Positions 50,204 to 62,820 of a DNA stretch of 64,000 nt are shown one piece after another. The stretch's first letter is position 1; every line of letters begins with the position of its first letter. The position numbers and the translations under genes were made by a program. Under the pieces are notes generated by a model. That model had not been told where the DNA came from and did not search any database. It worked only from the letters and a program-made list of their open reading frames with translations. The stretch lies in NCBI GenBank assembly GCA_964016885.1, contig OZ024743.1:5642001-5706000 (forward strand), given 5' to 3'. This DNA comes from Eledone cirrhosa. Taxonomy: Eukaryota.

Positions 50204-51300
50204 TGCTGTTTTATTCTTTATCAGTCAATTAAATTGGTTTAAATATTTTGTTCCGATCCAACTGATTTTATAGTGTTATATACATCTACTGAAGAAATTA
50301 GCAACATTCACTCATAACTCTAGCCTTCAGCCAAGAAAGAGCAGAAGCTGTTAAGTGGTAACTAAATTTCCTTACGTGTTTTAACCCTAAGCCACAACGT
50401 TCTCCTATTAGCGAGTCGGCAGTGATGGATAACCAGTCACTGCACATCTTCGCCTGGCTTCCAGGTAAAATCCTCTCGCTTGTTCCAGAGTCATCATTAG
50501 GCTTTTTTCTGCTACCCGCCTCAACATGCGACCAGCTATCTTCCCCAACAATGCAGCTATTTCCATGGACATGACACCCACACAGACAATGCCCAGTTGC
50601 GTAGCTAGAGAATGGCGACACCTTTGCGTCTGCTATAGGCTATAAGCGTTCTTTTAATGTTGCAGCATAATATTATAATTGTACACAGACTAGTTAATAT
50701 ATGTATATACAACTTTAAGCGTGAGTCACTGAGTAAATTTGTATTTTTTGTGTAGCCAACCTCACATAAAATTACATGTTTATTAGTAATTCAACTAATG
50801 CTTGAAAACCGAATGGTGAAACTAAAGTAATTGACTATGAAGTTCCAGCTTCAAACAAACAACCCCACTCCTCTCTCAATGTATATACGCACATGATATA
50901 AACGAAGCTTCTGGCTAAAGTGACATTTATACTTATGCGTATAAACATACATACATACATACATGTACTGGCAATCCCAGTTAACGTTGTTGAAAGGTTC
51001 TTGAGAAGTGTGACGTTAAGTGAATCGATGTAAAGCTATACAAATTCCAATACGAGACAAGAATATCCTGCAGTATTCTATTGTTTCTACTTTTTGGCAC
51101 AAGGCCAGCAAACACCCAGTACATTACTGGTACTTTATTTTATCTCCTTATGTTCAGAGTTCAAATCCCGCCGGGGTCAACTTTGCCTTTCATCCTTCCG
51201 GGGTCGATAAAATAAAAGTATCTTTATGTAAATATTAGTTTACTCATTATTCTTTCAGGATGAAAATATACATACAAATAATATATGCAATGCTTCATTA

Positions 51301-51473
51301 TGAAGAGTCAGCTGAAAAGTTCATAGGTTGACCAAGATACTCTCATGCAACATAGTACCTGGAAAGAAAGAATGTAGTTATTAATAAAGGAGTTGAAATT
51401 AATACTTGCAAGATTTCACAGCGCTAGCATCACTCCTTCATAGTCAGTCTATAAACTTTTCAGCCGACCCTAG
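51301..51473. mobile_element. Mariner-type MITE
   Basis: TA-flanked TIRs GAGTCAGCTGAAAAGTTCATAG / CTATAAACTTTTCAGCCGACCC. Confidence 0.7.
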
Positions 51474-51529
51474 TACATAAATATTTCACATAAAAAACAG
51501 AATCAAAACGAAACAAATATTGTGTCAAA

Positions 51530-51872
51530 CGTCACATACCACAAGCGGTGTCGGAGCCTCCTTCTAATACTTTTTTTGAGGCAAGCCAACACACTCGCAG
51601 CATTACCGCGGGTGATAGCGAGGTTAAGGTGCTAGAACAACCAAGCACCCTCATGGGCATCACCTGACACCTCGGTAAGGCCTGCCGCCAACGATGACAA
51701 GTACCTCGTTGTCAGTAGCCCAGCTCCCCCAAAACGTCACGAACGTCATAGGCTGGGATAAATAGTTTGCCGACAATTCCCAGTATTTTCGAATTTCATT
51801 CTGTTCGGCTACGGAAGCAGTGACCCTCACTTTTATCGCAGTCACTGACTATGGCGTCCCAAATGAGACATA
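51530..51872 (-). mobile_element. CRE-like RLE LINE, 3' part (split by the gypsy insertion)
   Basis: LIWDA.VSD..., ASVAEQNEIRKY, QPMTFVTFWG; continues at 58742; homologous to 60360-60705. Confidence 0.75.
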
Positions 51873-51885
51873 TTTAGAATGTTAG

Positions 51886-54456
51886 TATAGCGAGGATACT
51901 GGGTTGTATGAATGTAACAAAACGAGACATGGTTTGTGGGAATAATATTTAATTAACAATGGTAGATAGTATAGTTGATGTCAAAGAAATAGATGATAGA
52001 ATGAAACAAAGTTAGTCGTTACCGTTTTGATTGCCAGGCAAACGCGGCTGGCAGAAGACGCCTGGCGTAAGCCAGGCGCCGGAAGGCAAATGAGAGGCTC
52101 TTGGCCTGGTGCCGAAAGGGCAATGAGAGGCTGAGAACTTAAAGTTGTTAGTTTTATAGGGTTCTGACCGGAAGTTACAGAAAGGGTTCTACTTCCCGTC
52201 TAGATGTTAATCCAAACAAGGGAGACAACCGCTACATAACCTCCCGCCAGAATTTTAGGATATAAAAATCGAATGAAAATATGTAGCAAGTTGGCGAGAA
52301 TGTTGTAACAGGCATGAAAATTACGACAAAAGAATGTTTGCAAAAATCAATGATAGATATCAAGGTAGCCAACCGCTCTTGGCCAGAGAACGACTGGACA
52401 TCTATCTATCCATCACCCAAAGATACAATGTAATAAAGTAGGAGAAGGGCTCAAAGTTCAAATGTACAAAATATAGTTCACAGGTGTGCAATCACATGAC
52501 AGCAGGAAAGAAAGTGTGTTCCAGAGAATGAATGCAGGTGGTTTCAGTTCTGGTATATCGTGAAATTTCCAACCTCCGAATGGATTTTCTCACAGGAAGA
52601 GTGCTGCAAAAATAAATTCTCTGGCTTTGGTTGTTGGTGAAGCTGTTTTGATGTTGTTGTCTCGCTGAGTGAGCGTATTCGGTGTTTAAATTCACAGTAA
52701 AAAAAAAAATTTTCAGAAAAAATGAGTTGCGCAAAGTGCTAGAAATAGCAGCCGAAGTTGATGGTCGATGTTGAGAATGCGTTGACCTGGAAGGGTCAAG
52801 AGGCCAGCGACCAAAGAAATAAGCATTCTGAATAAATGCGCAGTTTTCAACGGCAAATTTACGTAGTAAATTTTTAAACCGGCAAATAGGAGAATATAGC
52901 TTAAGGCTGAAGAATCCTTGGCGAGAAACGTTATCTCTGGCGTGCGGCTATCTCTGTGAGTCGAGAATTTGTGCTGCCTACACGTGCCAATACAAGGTTG
53001 AAAAAATAATATTTCTAACGCGCGAGAAAATGATAGTGCAAGTGTGAAAGTGTGAAAGTGACAATGATGAAAAAGAAAGGCTTCACTCAGCATAATTATT
53101 GGTGTGAACTTTGGAAAAAAAACTTGAACGATGAAGAAAACGATGAAAAAAAAAGGCAATGGTTCATCGAAAATAAATGTTCCTGTTGAAATGTTTTTTA
53201 AAGAATATCAAATTTCTTTTTTTTTTTGTTTTGAAAGAGTTCGTTGTAAGAAACGAGAAACATATATATATATCGTGAAATGTTTTTTATTTTTTTTATT
53301 TTGAAAGTGTTCGTTGTAAGAAACGAGAATATATATCGTGAAATGCGACAGTTAGTTAATGCGTGAGAGAAAAAGTCTGTCTGAACGCGAATTCCACATG
53401 TGCGTGTGTCCGTTTCTTTGAGTATTTTCATAGTTTGTCGATAAATTTGCTGTGTATTCGTAATGTTCGTCACACAACACCAGATCTGCTATTTTTTTCT
53501 TTTTTCGGGGTGACCACTTATAGCGATGAACGGCTGCGTGTTCGTATCACGTCAGGGTTACCAATATGGCGAAGATACTGGGTTGTATGAATGTAACAAA
53601 ACGAGGCAGGGTTTGTGTGTATAATATTTAATTAACAATGGTAGATAGTATAGTTGATGTCAAAGAAATAGATGATAGAATGAAACAAAGTTAGTCGTTA
53701 CCGTTTTGATTGCCAGGCAAACGCGGCTGGCAGAGGACGCCTGGCTAAGGCCAGCCAGGCGCCGGAAGGCCAAATGAGAGGCTCTTGGCCTGGTGCCGAA
53801 AGGGCAATGAGAGAGAGGGAACCGAGAGCTATTCGTTTTATAGGGCTCTGCCGGAAGTTACAGAAAGGGTTCCACTTCCCGTCCAGATGTTAATCCAAAC
53901 AAGGGAGACAACCGCTACATAACCTCCCGCCAGAATTTTAGGACATAAAAATCGAATGAAAATATGTAGCAAGTTGGCGAGAATGTTGCAACAGGCATGA
54001 AAATTACGACAAAAGAATGTTTGCAAAAATCAATGATAGATATCAAGGTAGCCAACCGCTCTTGGTCAGAGAACGACTGGACATCTATCACGTCGGGGTC
54101 ACCAATATAGCGAGGATACTGGGTTGTATGAATGTAACAAAACGAGACATGGTTTGTGGGAATAATATTTAATTAACAATGGTAGATAGTATAGTTGATG
54201 TCAAAGAAATGGATGATAGAATGAAACAAAGTTAGTCGTTACCGTTTTGATTGCCAGGCAAACGCGGCTGGCAGAAGACGCCTGGCGAAAGCCAGGCGCC
54301 GGAAGGCAAATGAGAGGCTCTTGGCCTGGTGCCGAAAGGGCAATGAGAGGCTGAGAACTTAAAGTTGTTAGTTTTATAGGGTTCTGACCGGAAGTTACAG
54401 AAAGGGTTCTACTTCCCGTCTAGATGTTAATCCAAACAAGGGAGACAACCGCTACA
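51886..54456 (-). mobile_element. Non-coding three-LTR (TRIM-like) element with TTAG target-site duplication
   Basis: LTRs 54106-54456, 53565-53919, 51886-52236 (TGTAGCG...CGCTATA); PBS TGGTGACCCCGACGTGAT (tRNA-Trp) at 54087-54104 and a variant at 53546-53563; PPT GGCGGGAGG before LTR2 and LTR3; TTAG at 51882 and 54457. Confidence 0.9.
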
Positions 54457-57400
54457 TTAGTATCAGTGTATATACATTATTAAGAATGACAATAAATGCA
54501 GGTGAGTGTTGTGTCATAGTTTTACTTCACAGAAGTCAAATAAATTAATAGAAATAATTTTTACCACATGTTGATGGTGAGTTGGGCTCAACTCCCAGAC
54601 TAGAGTGTGTAGAGAAAGAGAGAGAGAGAAAGCAGAAATCTTCTCTTGGTAAGGTTCAAGTGGTTCTTTTGGCTGCCGGCGCAGGAAGTGAGAGTTAATG
54701 CCTTGATGTTCTCAAATATATAGTCCCCAGGGGGACGCAACTCCATTTGGTACATGGATCAGCCACTGGGAGTCGCGACCGTCACAAAGGGACGCAACTC
54801 CTATACGTATCTGCCACTGGGAGTCGCGACCGTCACAAAGGGACGCAACTCATATACGTATCTGAGTTCCAGCCGTAAGGTACTGAGTTCCGCTACAGTA
54901 CCCTCCTCCAGACGATAGGCGAAAAGCCCGAAGGTAACTGTAGCGAACCCACAAGTATGGGCTCCCAGCACAGGCATGAAATAGTAACGAAAAGGTACAA
55001 TACAATAAAGAGAAAAACAAAAGAGGCAATAGTGGCCAGTTCACATAAAAACAGTTTGGCAGAGTTTTTTGGGCCAGTGGATTCTTCGACCGGAACGGGT
55101 CGTGGTCTTGTATGTAGGTGAATGTGGGGCAGAAGGAGCAGGTGTATGCACAAGAGAGAAAGATTGGGGTATTTGTGGCTCGGGTGTATGAGCGTCATTG
55201 TATTCCCTTTTTAGTCTATCCACCGAAATTGTCTCTCTGGACCCCTTAATGTCTACTGTGAAATGTTTGCCCAATACGGGCTAACACACGGTAGGGTCCA
55301 GAGTACGGCTGTGTGAGGAGTGGAGTAACCGCGTCGTTTCTGACGAATACATGTGTCCACGAGGCAATATCCCTCGGGACTGCAGCTTTAATTGTTTGTT
55401 TCCTAGTATTCATGGGCGGTAAGTCTTGAAAATAGGAGCGCAAACGTAGATACGTAGGAAAGAGAGTCCTGAAAAGCAAGATCAACAGGGGCAAGCATTT
55501 GCCCAGGCAACGCTAGAGGAGCACCATACAGTAATTCGGCCGGGGAGAACCCAAGGTCCTCCTTTATTGATGACCGAATTCCTAATAACACAATAGGAAG
55601 GTACTCGTTCCAACGTTGAGAGTCTGGATAGGCGCGAAGAGCGGCCTTTAATTGGCGGTGGAATCGTTCCACCATTCCGTTCGAAGCAGTATGATAAGCT
55701 GTGGTCCGAATCCGTTGAGCACCAATGATCTTTGTCAGCTCAGAGAAGAGATGAGACTCAAATTGTCTACCACGGTCTGTGGTGACTGTAGTTAGTACCC
55801 CAAAGCGAGTAATCCACCCTGAAACCAGGGCACGCGCTATAGTCTCAGCGGTAATGTCTTTTAAGGGGATGGCTTCAGGCCATCGCGAAAAACGATTGAT
55901 GCAGGTCAAGAGGTAAGAATATCCACTACTAAATGGCCAAGGTCCAACTATATCAATGTGGATGTGTTGAAACCGAGCATCTGGAGTACTGAAAGTACCA
56001 AGTGGAGTCCGGGTGTGTCTGTGGACTTTAGATCTCTGACACTGTGTGCAGGAACGGCACCAGATAGTAATTTCTCGCCTCATATTGGGCCAGAAAAATC
56101 TAGCCGTTATAAGCTTTACTGTGGCAGAAATTCCTGGGTGAAAAAATGCTGTGCAAAGCAAGGAACACAATTCGACGGTGAGTCTCAGGAACATAAGGTC
56201 GTAGTGAATCCGTAGATACATCACATAGAATCTGCCTGTCGGTGGTCGACAAGGGCAGATATTTGAAGATACAAGTCGCAAACTCGGCAGAAAGAGTATC
56301 CAACGATTGGAGTACAGGTTGGTCTGCAGCTAAACGACTTAAGTCGATCTCCTGGGATAACGAGATGGAGCTTATTGGCAAACGTGACAATGCGTCTGCA
56401 GCTATGTTAAGCGAGCCAGCAATGTGCTGGATATCATTTGTAAATGGCGAAACGTAATCCAGGTGCCTTGTCTCTCTGGACGAATATCTGTCGGCTTTAG
56501 CCCTCAAAGCGAAGGTCAGAGGTTTGTGGTCAGTTAAAACAGTAAAATTTCACCCCTCAAGAATATGAGAGAAATATTTCACCGACAGATATATGGCTAA
56601 TAATTCCTGCCCAAACGGGCTGTAACGCGTTTCTGCTGGTTTCAGCTTCCTTGAGAAAAATGCCAAAGGTTGTTGGTTTCCAGCGTTATACTGCTGTAAA
56701 ACTGCTCCCACAGCGGTATCAGATGCATCAACACAAAGCGAAAGCTTGGCCTTTGGTACCGGGTGGGCTAGCAAAGATGAACTAGCAAGTGCTGTCTTGG
56801 CAGTCTGGAAGTCTTTAAGGTGTCCTTGTGTCAAGGAAATATCCTCATTCTTCTTACGACAATTTTTCAAAATCTCAGTAAGGGAAGATAGCAAATTAGC
56901 ACAATGAGGAAAGAAACGCCTATAGAAATTGATTAAACCTAAGAAGTGACGCAACTGGTGAAGTGTAGTAGGCGGAGGTAAATCCTGTATGGCTTGAACT
57001 CGCTGGGGAAGCGGCCTAATACCTTCGGCGTCGATGAGGTGGCCTAAAAAATTTAGCGAAGTGGAACCGAAAACACTTTGCGGGATTCACACGAACGCGG
57101 TAATCCTGAAATCGCCGAAATAAAAGATGCATGTGGCGCATATGCTCTTCCGGAGAGGAACTAGCGACGAGAAGATCGTCTATGTATGCATAAACAAAGT
57201 CCAGACCACGAGTGACTTCGTCTATGAACCGCTGAAAAGTGCTAGCGGCGTTCCTGAGTCCGAAAGGCATGGTAAAAAATTCGAAGGATCCGAAAGGAGT
57301 TGTAATCGTCGTTTTCGGAATATCCTCCTTCCTGACAGGGATTTGGTGGTAGGCTCGCACTAAATCTAGTTTTGAGAAAATCTTACACCCTTGCAATGAC

Positions 57401-58380
57401 GATGCAAAATCCTGGAGATGGGGGATGGGATACCTATCCGGGACGGTCATAGCATTTAACCTCCTATAATCCCCAGTGGGTCTCCAGTCGCCAGAAGTCT
57501 GGGGCACCATGTGTAACGGTGAAGCCCAAGGACTCGTAGATGGGCGAATAATGCAGCATATGCTCGAACTCGGACCGTGCTGCCTTTAATTTGTCCGCCG
57601 GTAAGCGGCGTGGACGCGAAAACACTGGAGCACCGGTGGTGGAAATGAAATGTTCAGTTGAGTGTGTTGGCTCAGTGACTCGAAAATTTCCATCGCTGAG
57701 CTCCGGGAAAGAACCTAACAACGAATGGTAGGCGTCTCCAGCGGCAGCGACGAAGAATATGGGTCTGACTGTTGGAGCATTGGCTTTCCGGCCACGAATT
57801 GAAAAACCGGTGATGTCATCCACCAGGCGTTGGCCACGGACATCCACAGTCAAAGAGACGTTGTGGAGGAAATCCGCTCCTAAGATAGGATATGGCAAAT
57901 CGGCAACCGTAAAAATCCACTTAAAATCCCTACGACGAGTTAGGAATTTGAGAGGAAGCGAGATTTGTCCGTACGTCTTTATAGACGAGTGATCAACGGT
58001 CTGCAGAGTAACGGATGACTCTACGGGAGTATCTTTCAGGTAATGGACCGGCCAAATACTACAGGAGGCTCCTGTATCCACGAGGAAACCTCTTCCCGAC
58101 ATAAGGTCCTTAATGAAGAAATGGCTGTTTGGTGGCTTTATGTTGAAGTCAACTGCCCCCATCAGCGTACCTCTTTGGCGTTTCCCGCCTTATGAAACGA
58201 GCAAGGTTGCACGCAGTGGTTCGCGCTCTCGGCAAAACGCTCATGGTACCAGCATAAAGAGGAAGCTGGTGACCTGGGGCAGCGTCTAAAAGATTGAGAT
58301 CTCCCTAATGTGAGCCAAAATTGCCTGTACGCTGGTCGGTAGGCGCGAGAAGAACAACTGCTTCAACATGGCAGATTCCG

Positions 58381-58741
58381 GAAGTCAAATAAATTAATAG
58401 AAATAATTTTTACCATATGTTGATGGTGAGTTAGGCTCAACTCCCAGACTGGAGCGTGTAGAGAAAGAGAGAGAGAGCGAAGACAGGAGTCATCTCTTGG
58501 TAAGGTTCAAGTGGTTCTTTCGGCTGCCGGCGCAGGAAGTGAGAGTTAATGCCTTGATGTTCTCAAATATATAGTCCCCAGGGGGACGCAACTCCATTTA
58601 GTACATGGATCAGCCACTGGGAGTCGCGACCGTCACAAAGGGACGCAACTCCTATACGTATCTGCCACTGGGAGTCGCGACCGTCACAAAGGGATGCAAT
58701 TCCTATACGCATCTGAGTTCCAGCCGTAAGGGGTCGCTACA
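58381..58741 (-). repeat. 5' LTR of the gypsy element (3'-truncated), with an internal ~51-bp tandem repeat
   Basis: Near-identical to 54532-54897. Confidence 0.92.
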
Positions 58742-59200
58742 CATCTATTTCTTACCCATTGACAGTAGTTAAGGTAATATGGTCTCTTCCCATCAACTCT
58801 GAACAATCCAGCCGGCTCCAGCATTGGTGGGGAGAGAATATTTACCTGGTCCAGAGCCCGCTTAATAATTAAGATTAGCTCGGTATAGCGAGCGAAGCGA
58901 CCAGCATTCAACCGGCAAGACAAACCACGAAAACCTATGGAATCATGGGCCCTACCACAGTAACATCTCAGTCCCCAACAAACATCGGCTCCCACTGAGT
59001 GTAATGGAGTTGCTGAGCTCATCCAGACTGAGTAGACCACCGATGTTGGCCACTCGTAGGGCATCAACCCAGTCCCTCGAGAATTTTGCGCTCGCGGAAT
59101 GTAAGCGACACCTTGAGTATCGATCAAAAGATGACTCTCGAATGCAGATTATCCTACGCTCTCTGCTTCAGTCTACCCTCCTCTGTATCAGGAACTGATA
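58742..59200 (-). mobile_element. CRE-like RLE LINE, upstream part (zinc knuckle + PD..D region)
   Basis: C.CG.......GLSC....GRFARY.EL..IIKRAL.....MLEPAGLFRVDGKRP in ORF 58684..59127. Confidence 0.75.
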
Positions 59201-59369
59201 AACCTATTCCCCCCCCCCCCCCCCCCCCACTGCAGTAGGGCTTTATCAATCTCCTTGTTGGAACTAGTCCATGTTGGAAAGAAAAGGATATAATCCACTC
59301 TTCTATTGATCCACACATTTTTTATTTGATCGCTATACAACAGGAAATGAACCTACACGTATATCTGGA

Positions 59370-59580
59370 CTTGACCAACCGTTTTCTTTTCGTGCAGGTT
59401 GCTTTCGAGACCTCCGGTGTCCTCAGTCACCAAACTGCCATTTTTCTCCGCATGATCGGGAGGGATGCAACCCACCCGAAAAAGAAGCTCCGTGAAGTTG
59501 AATGGCTGATACACCCTGTGTCACTGACTGTTTTCTGCGGCATTGCTTTCGTTATCTTGTTCGCGGGGCGCAGTTAAGAT
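59370..59580 (+). mobile_element. RLE LINE C-terminal fragment
   Basis: RFLFVQVAFETSGVL...FLRMIG...REVEWL. Confidence 0.55.
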
Positions 59581-60019
59581 AGACGTCTTGCAAAGAGAGC
59601 AGTCTGACCCTGCATTCCCCTTCTCCCTTTTCCCATTATTTAATTTTTTCTCTTCTTGTTTATTATATGAAATAAAGAATTTGAGTTTGTGGTATTATCA
59701 AGCTATCTAGCTTATTAAGGCTTATCCAGTAGCCTGTTATACTGAAGTTTCCTCGGAGCCCGCAAGGAAAACTTCACCGAAACAAAATACTGGATTCTTA
59801 ATAATCTCCATGGTATTGCAACCTCACGTTTGTCTCTCTTCGTTCCCTGTTTTCTTTCCTCCACCCACGTTGGCTCCCCTTTGGTGGGTAACATAGACTA
59901 GTTCCAACAGGGAGATGGATGAAGCTCTACTACAATGGAGGTAGATAGGTTTGCCAGTTCCTGATGCAGATGAAGATAGAATGATACCTTGAACTTTCTC
60001 TTTGATCAATCTTCAAGGT

Positions 60020-60705
60020 GTAACCTACTTTCCGCGAACGCAAAATTCTCGAAGGACTAAGTTGAAGTCTTGCCTGTCGCCAACACCAGTGGCCTACTCA
60101 GTCAGGATGAGCAAAGCATCACCATTGCATCAGAAAGGGAGTTGATGTCTGTGGAGGACTGAAATGTCGCTGTGGTAGGCCTCCATGGCTTGTCTTGCCG
60201 CCTGAATGCCGGTCGCTTCGTTCGCCATACCGAACTAAACCTGATCATTCAGTGGGCCCTAGTTCGGGTAAATATCCCCTCAGTTCTGGAGCCAGCTGGA
60301 TTATCCAGAATTGATGGGAAGAGTCAAGATGGTCTTACCCTTTGTCCTTGAGTAACAGGTAAATGTCTCATCTGGGACACCACAGTTAGTGACTCTTTTG
60401 CTCCTTCCCACATCCATGATACTGCGATAAATTTGAAGGTCACTGCTTCCGTCGCTGAACGGAATACAATTCTAAAGTACTGGGACTTATCGGTAATCTA
60501 TTTCTTACAGCCTGTGACGTTCGAGACGTTTAGTGGAGCTGGGCCGCTGAGAGTAAAGTTCTTGTCATCGTTGGCGGCTGGATTTACAGAGGCGCTTGGT
60601 TGTTTTAGCGCCTTAACCTTGCCATCATCCGCGGTAATACTGAGAGCGTGTTGGTTTGCCTCAAAAATATTAGATGGAGGTTCCGACAACCCTTGTGGTG
60701 TGTGA
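60020..60705 (+). mobile_element. CRE-like RLE LINE 3' fragment, inverted relative to the split copy
   Basis: RFVRHTELN, IPSVLEPAGLSRIDGK..DGLT, LIWDTTVSDSFA, QPVTFETFSG.GP. Confidence 0.75.
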
Positions 60706-60997
60706 CGGATTGACGCACTTGATGTTGAATTAATGGTTTTTTTTTTCGCTCTGATTGTATATATTTTTGTATTATATTTATAAAGTTCCATGAATTCTTT
60801 TTTTTGCGAAACATCATGTTTAAAATATATTTTCTTTCGTTTTGAATTTATATTTTAATGTGGAATATTTATGTAATTAAGATAACGGGGTTATTAAGCC
60901 CCAGGGGGCATTAAGCTCCACCACACTACAAATGCGTTATAAATATAATGCACTTGTAGTCCTGTGGATTTCATCTGAAGAGAACACGTTGGCAGAT

Positions 60998-62745
60998 AAT
61001 AATAATAATAATAATGAAATTATTGTGTACAGTGCTCAGGTGCACTACAACTCATCAAAGGTGCATGTATAGTACATAGAATAATGTACAAATGTCAGGA
61101 AAATAAACAGTGTATGAGTCATGATATAATAACAATAACGAAATATTGTGCACAGTGCCCAGGTGCACCACAACTCATCAAAAAAGTGCATGTACAGTAC
61201 ATAGGGCAATGCACAAACATCAGTAAAATGAACAGTGCACGAGTCATGATACACACATGTGTGCATGTGTATGGAAGGGGTACATCAGGTGTAGTTTTGG
61301 CGTATTTTGGGAAGCATGAGTGTCTTAAAGGATGCAGTGTCTCGGCAGCTAACAATTGACGCAGGCAGTTTGTTCCATGCTTCAGCAACTCTGAGCGTGA
61401 AAAAATGCCTGCGAAAGTCATGGGAGCTGTGCTGTTTTCTTATCTTGTAGGCATGTCCACGTGTGTTAGACACATGGAGATCAAAGAGGCGCTCAGGGTT
61501 GCAGTTGGCGAGATGGTTAAAAACTTTGTGGGTATTCACCAAGTCCATTGCCAGACGTCGGAGCTTCAATGAATCCATGCCCAGGGAAGCAAGGCGTTCA
61601 GAGTATGGTAGGTGTCTGATGGAGGGTATGCGCTTGGTTGCACGTCTCTGAACAGTTTCCAGGAGGTCAATGTTCCGAGCAAGATAGGGGTTCCAGACTG
61701 ATGATGCGAATTCCAAGTGTGGTCGCACCATAGCTGTATACAGTTTTAAATAGATGGCTGGAGAGCGGCTAACAAAGGTCTTGCTGAGTGATGCCAAGAC
61801 ACCCTCGGCCTTCTTGACAATCTTAGAGACATGCTTTGTCCAACGCAAATCGTTGCTGACAGTAATGCCCAGGTCACGTTCACAAGAGGACTTTTTGATG
61901 TCAGTGTTGTGGAGGGAGTATGTGGACGCTGGATTTTTCCTTCCAAAATGCATGGTGGTACACTTGTCCACAGCCAGCTTCAGTTGCCAGTCTGTGATCC
62001 ATTGCTGCATTGTGTCCAGGTCTGATTGTAGGAAAGAGTTGTAAATTTCAGGATCAGTCCTTTTGATTTCAAGGTACAGCTTGATGTCATCTGCATATTT
62101 TAGTACCGTGGCATTCTGTAAGTTGGCATCTATGTCATTAATATATGCCACAAACAAAAGAGGACCAAGAACAGATCCCTGTGGTACACCAGATGACATC
62201 TCATATGGTGAAGAATGCTGTCCTAGAACCGTGACTACTTCCTTTCGGCTGAGAATGAAGGATTTCAGCCAGTCGAAAAGATCATCCCTCACACCCATTG
62301 CAGAGAGTTTTGCCATAAGTCTTTTGTGTGGCACAGAATTAAAAGCCTTATCAAAGTCAAGGTAAACAACATCCACCCATGAGCCGCTGTCAGTGATCCG
62401 GGTGATGTCCTCAAGAAACTCGATAAGCTGATCACAGCAGCTGGAGTTAGGGATAAATCCAAACTGTGAGGGCCGGATGAGGCTGTGAGAGCTCCAGAAG
62501 TTCCAAAGTGTTTCTCTGACACAGGATTCCATCAGTTTGGCCATACAGCTAGTAAGACTGACTGGACGATAGTTGACAGGTGACATGCGGTTGCCCTTTT
62601 TGAACAGGGGAATGACACTGGCAGTTTTCCACTGCTCCGGAGTAGCACCATTGCTGGGACAGTATTGAAAGAAAAAAGAAAGCTGGCGCAAAAGGAAATC
62701 CCCGCCACGTTTGAGAAGCAGGTATGTCACACCATCAAGACCAGA
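60998..62745 (-). mobile_element. CR1-clade LINE, 5'-truncated, RT and C-terminus uninterrupted (481-aa ORF)
   Basis: ORF 61285..62730 with all RT motifs; duplicated 3' UTR; (ATT)n tail. Confidence 0.96.
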
Positions 62746-62820
62746 TGTTATACAAAAGCCATACGTCTTCGAAATACGTATAATAAAATAAATAGGGATG
62801 GACTAACGTAATCGTCTTAC

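Larger units (their letters stand above)
51873..58741 (-). mobile_element. Ty3/gypsy LTR retrotransposon, CsRn1 clade, defective (5' LTR end, PBS and most of gag deleted; pol frameshifted)
   Basis: Gag CWYHERFAESANHCVQPC (Cx2Hx9Cx3C, 58201-58254); PR VDTGA; [15 protein letters not shown]; RNase H DAS...ELLAI; IN HPG..C..C, HIDIVGP, TDRG, ERFHR, GPY; LTRs start TGTAGCG at 58741 and 54897; PPT 54901-54910; left boundary inferred. Confidence 0.9.

Noticed and set aside
52713-53159. 148-aa ORF inside the triple-LTR element as env or accessory gene
   Set aside because: Starts at TTG, low-complexity Phe/Leu-rich composition from a T-rich strand, no recognisable motif
54087-54104. tRNA-Trp gene
   Set aside because: Only the 18-nt 3' end including CCA, next to an LTR; it is a primer-binding site
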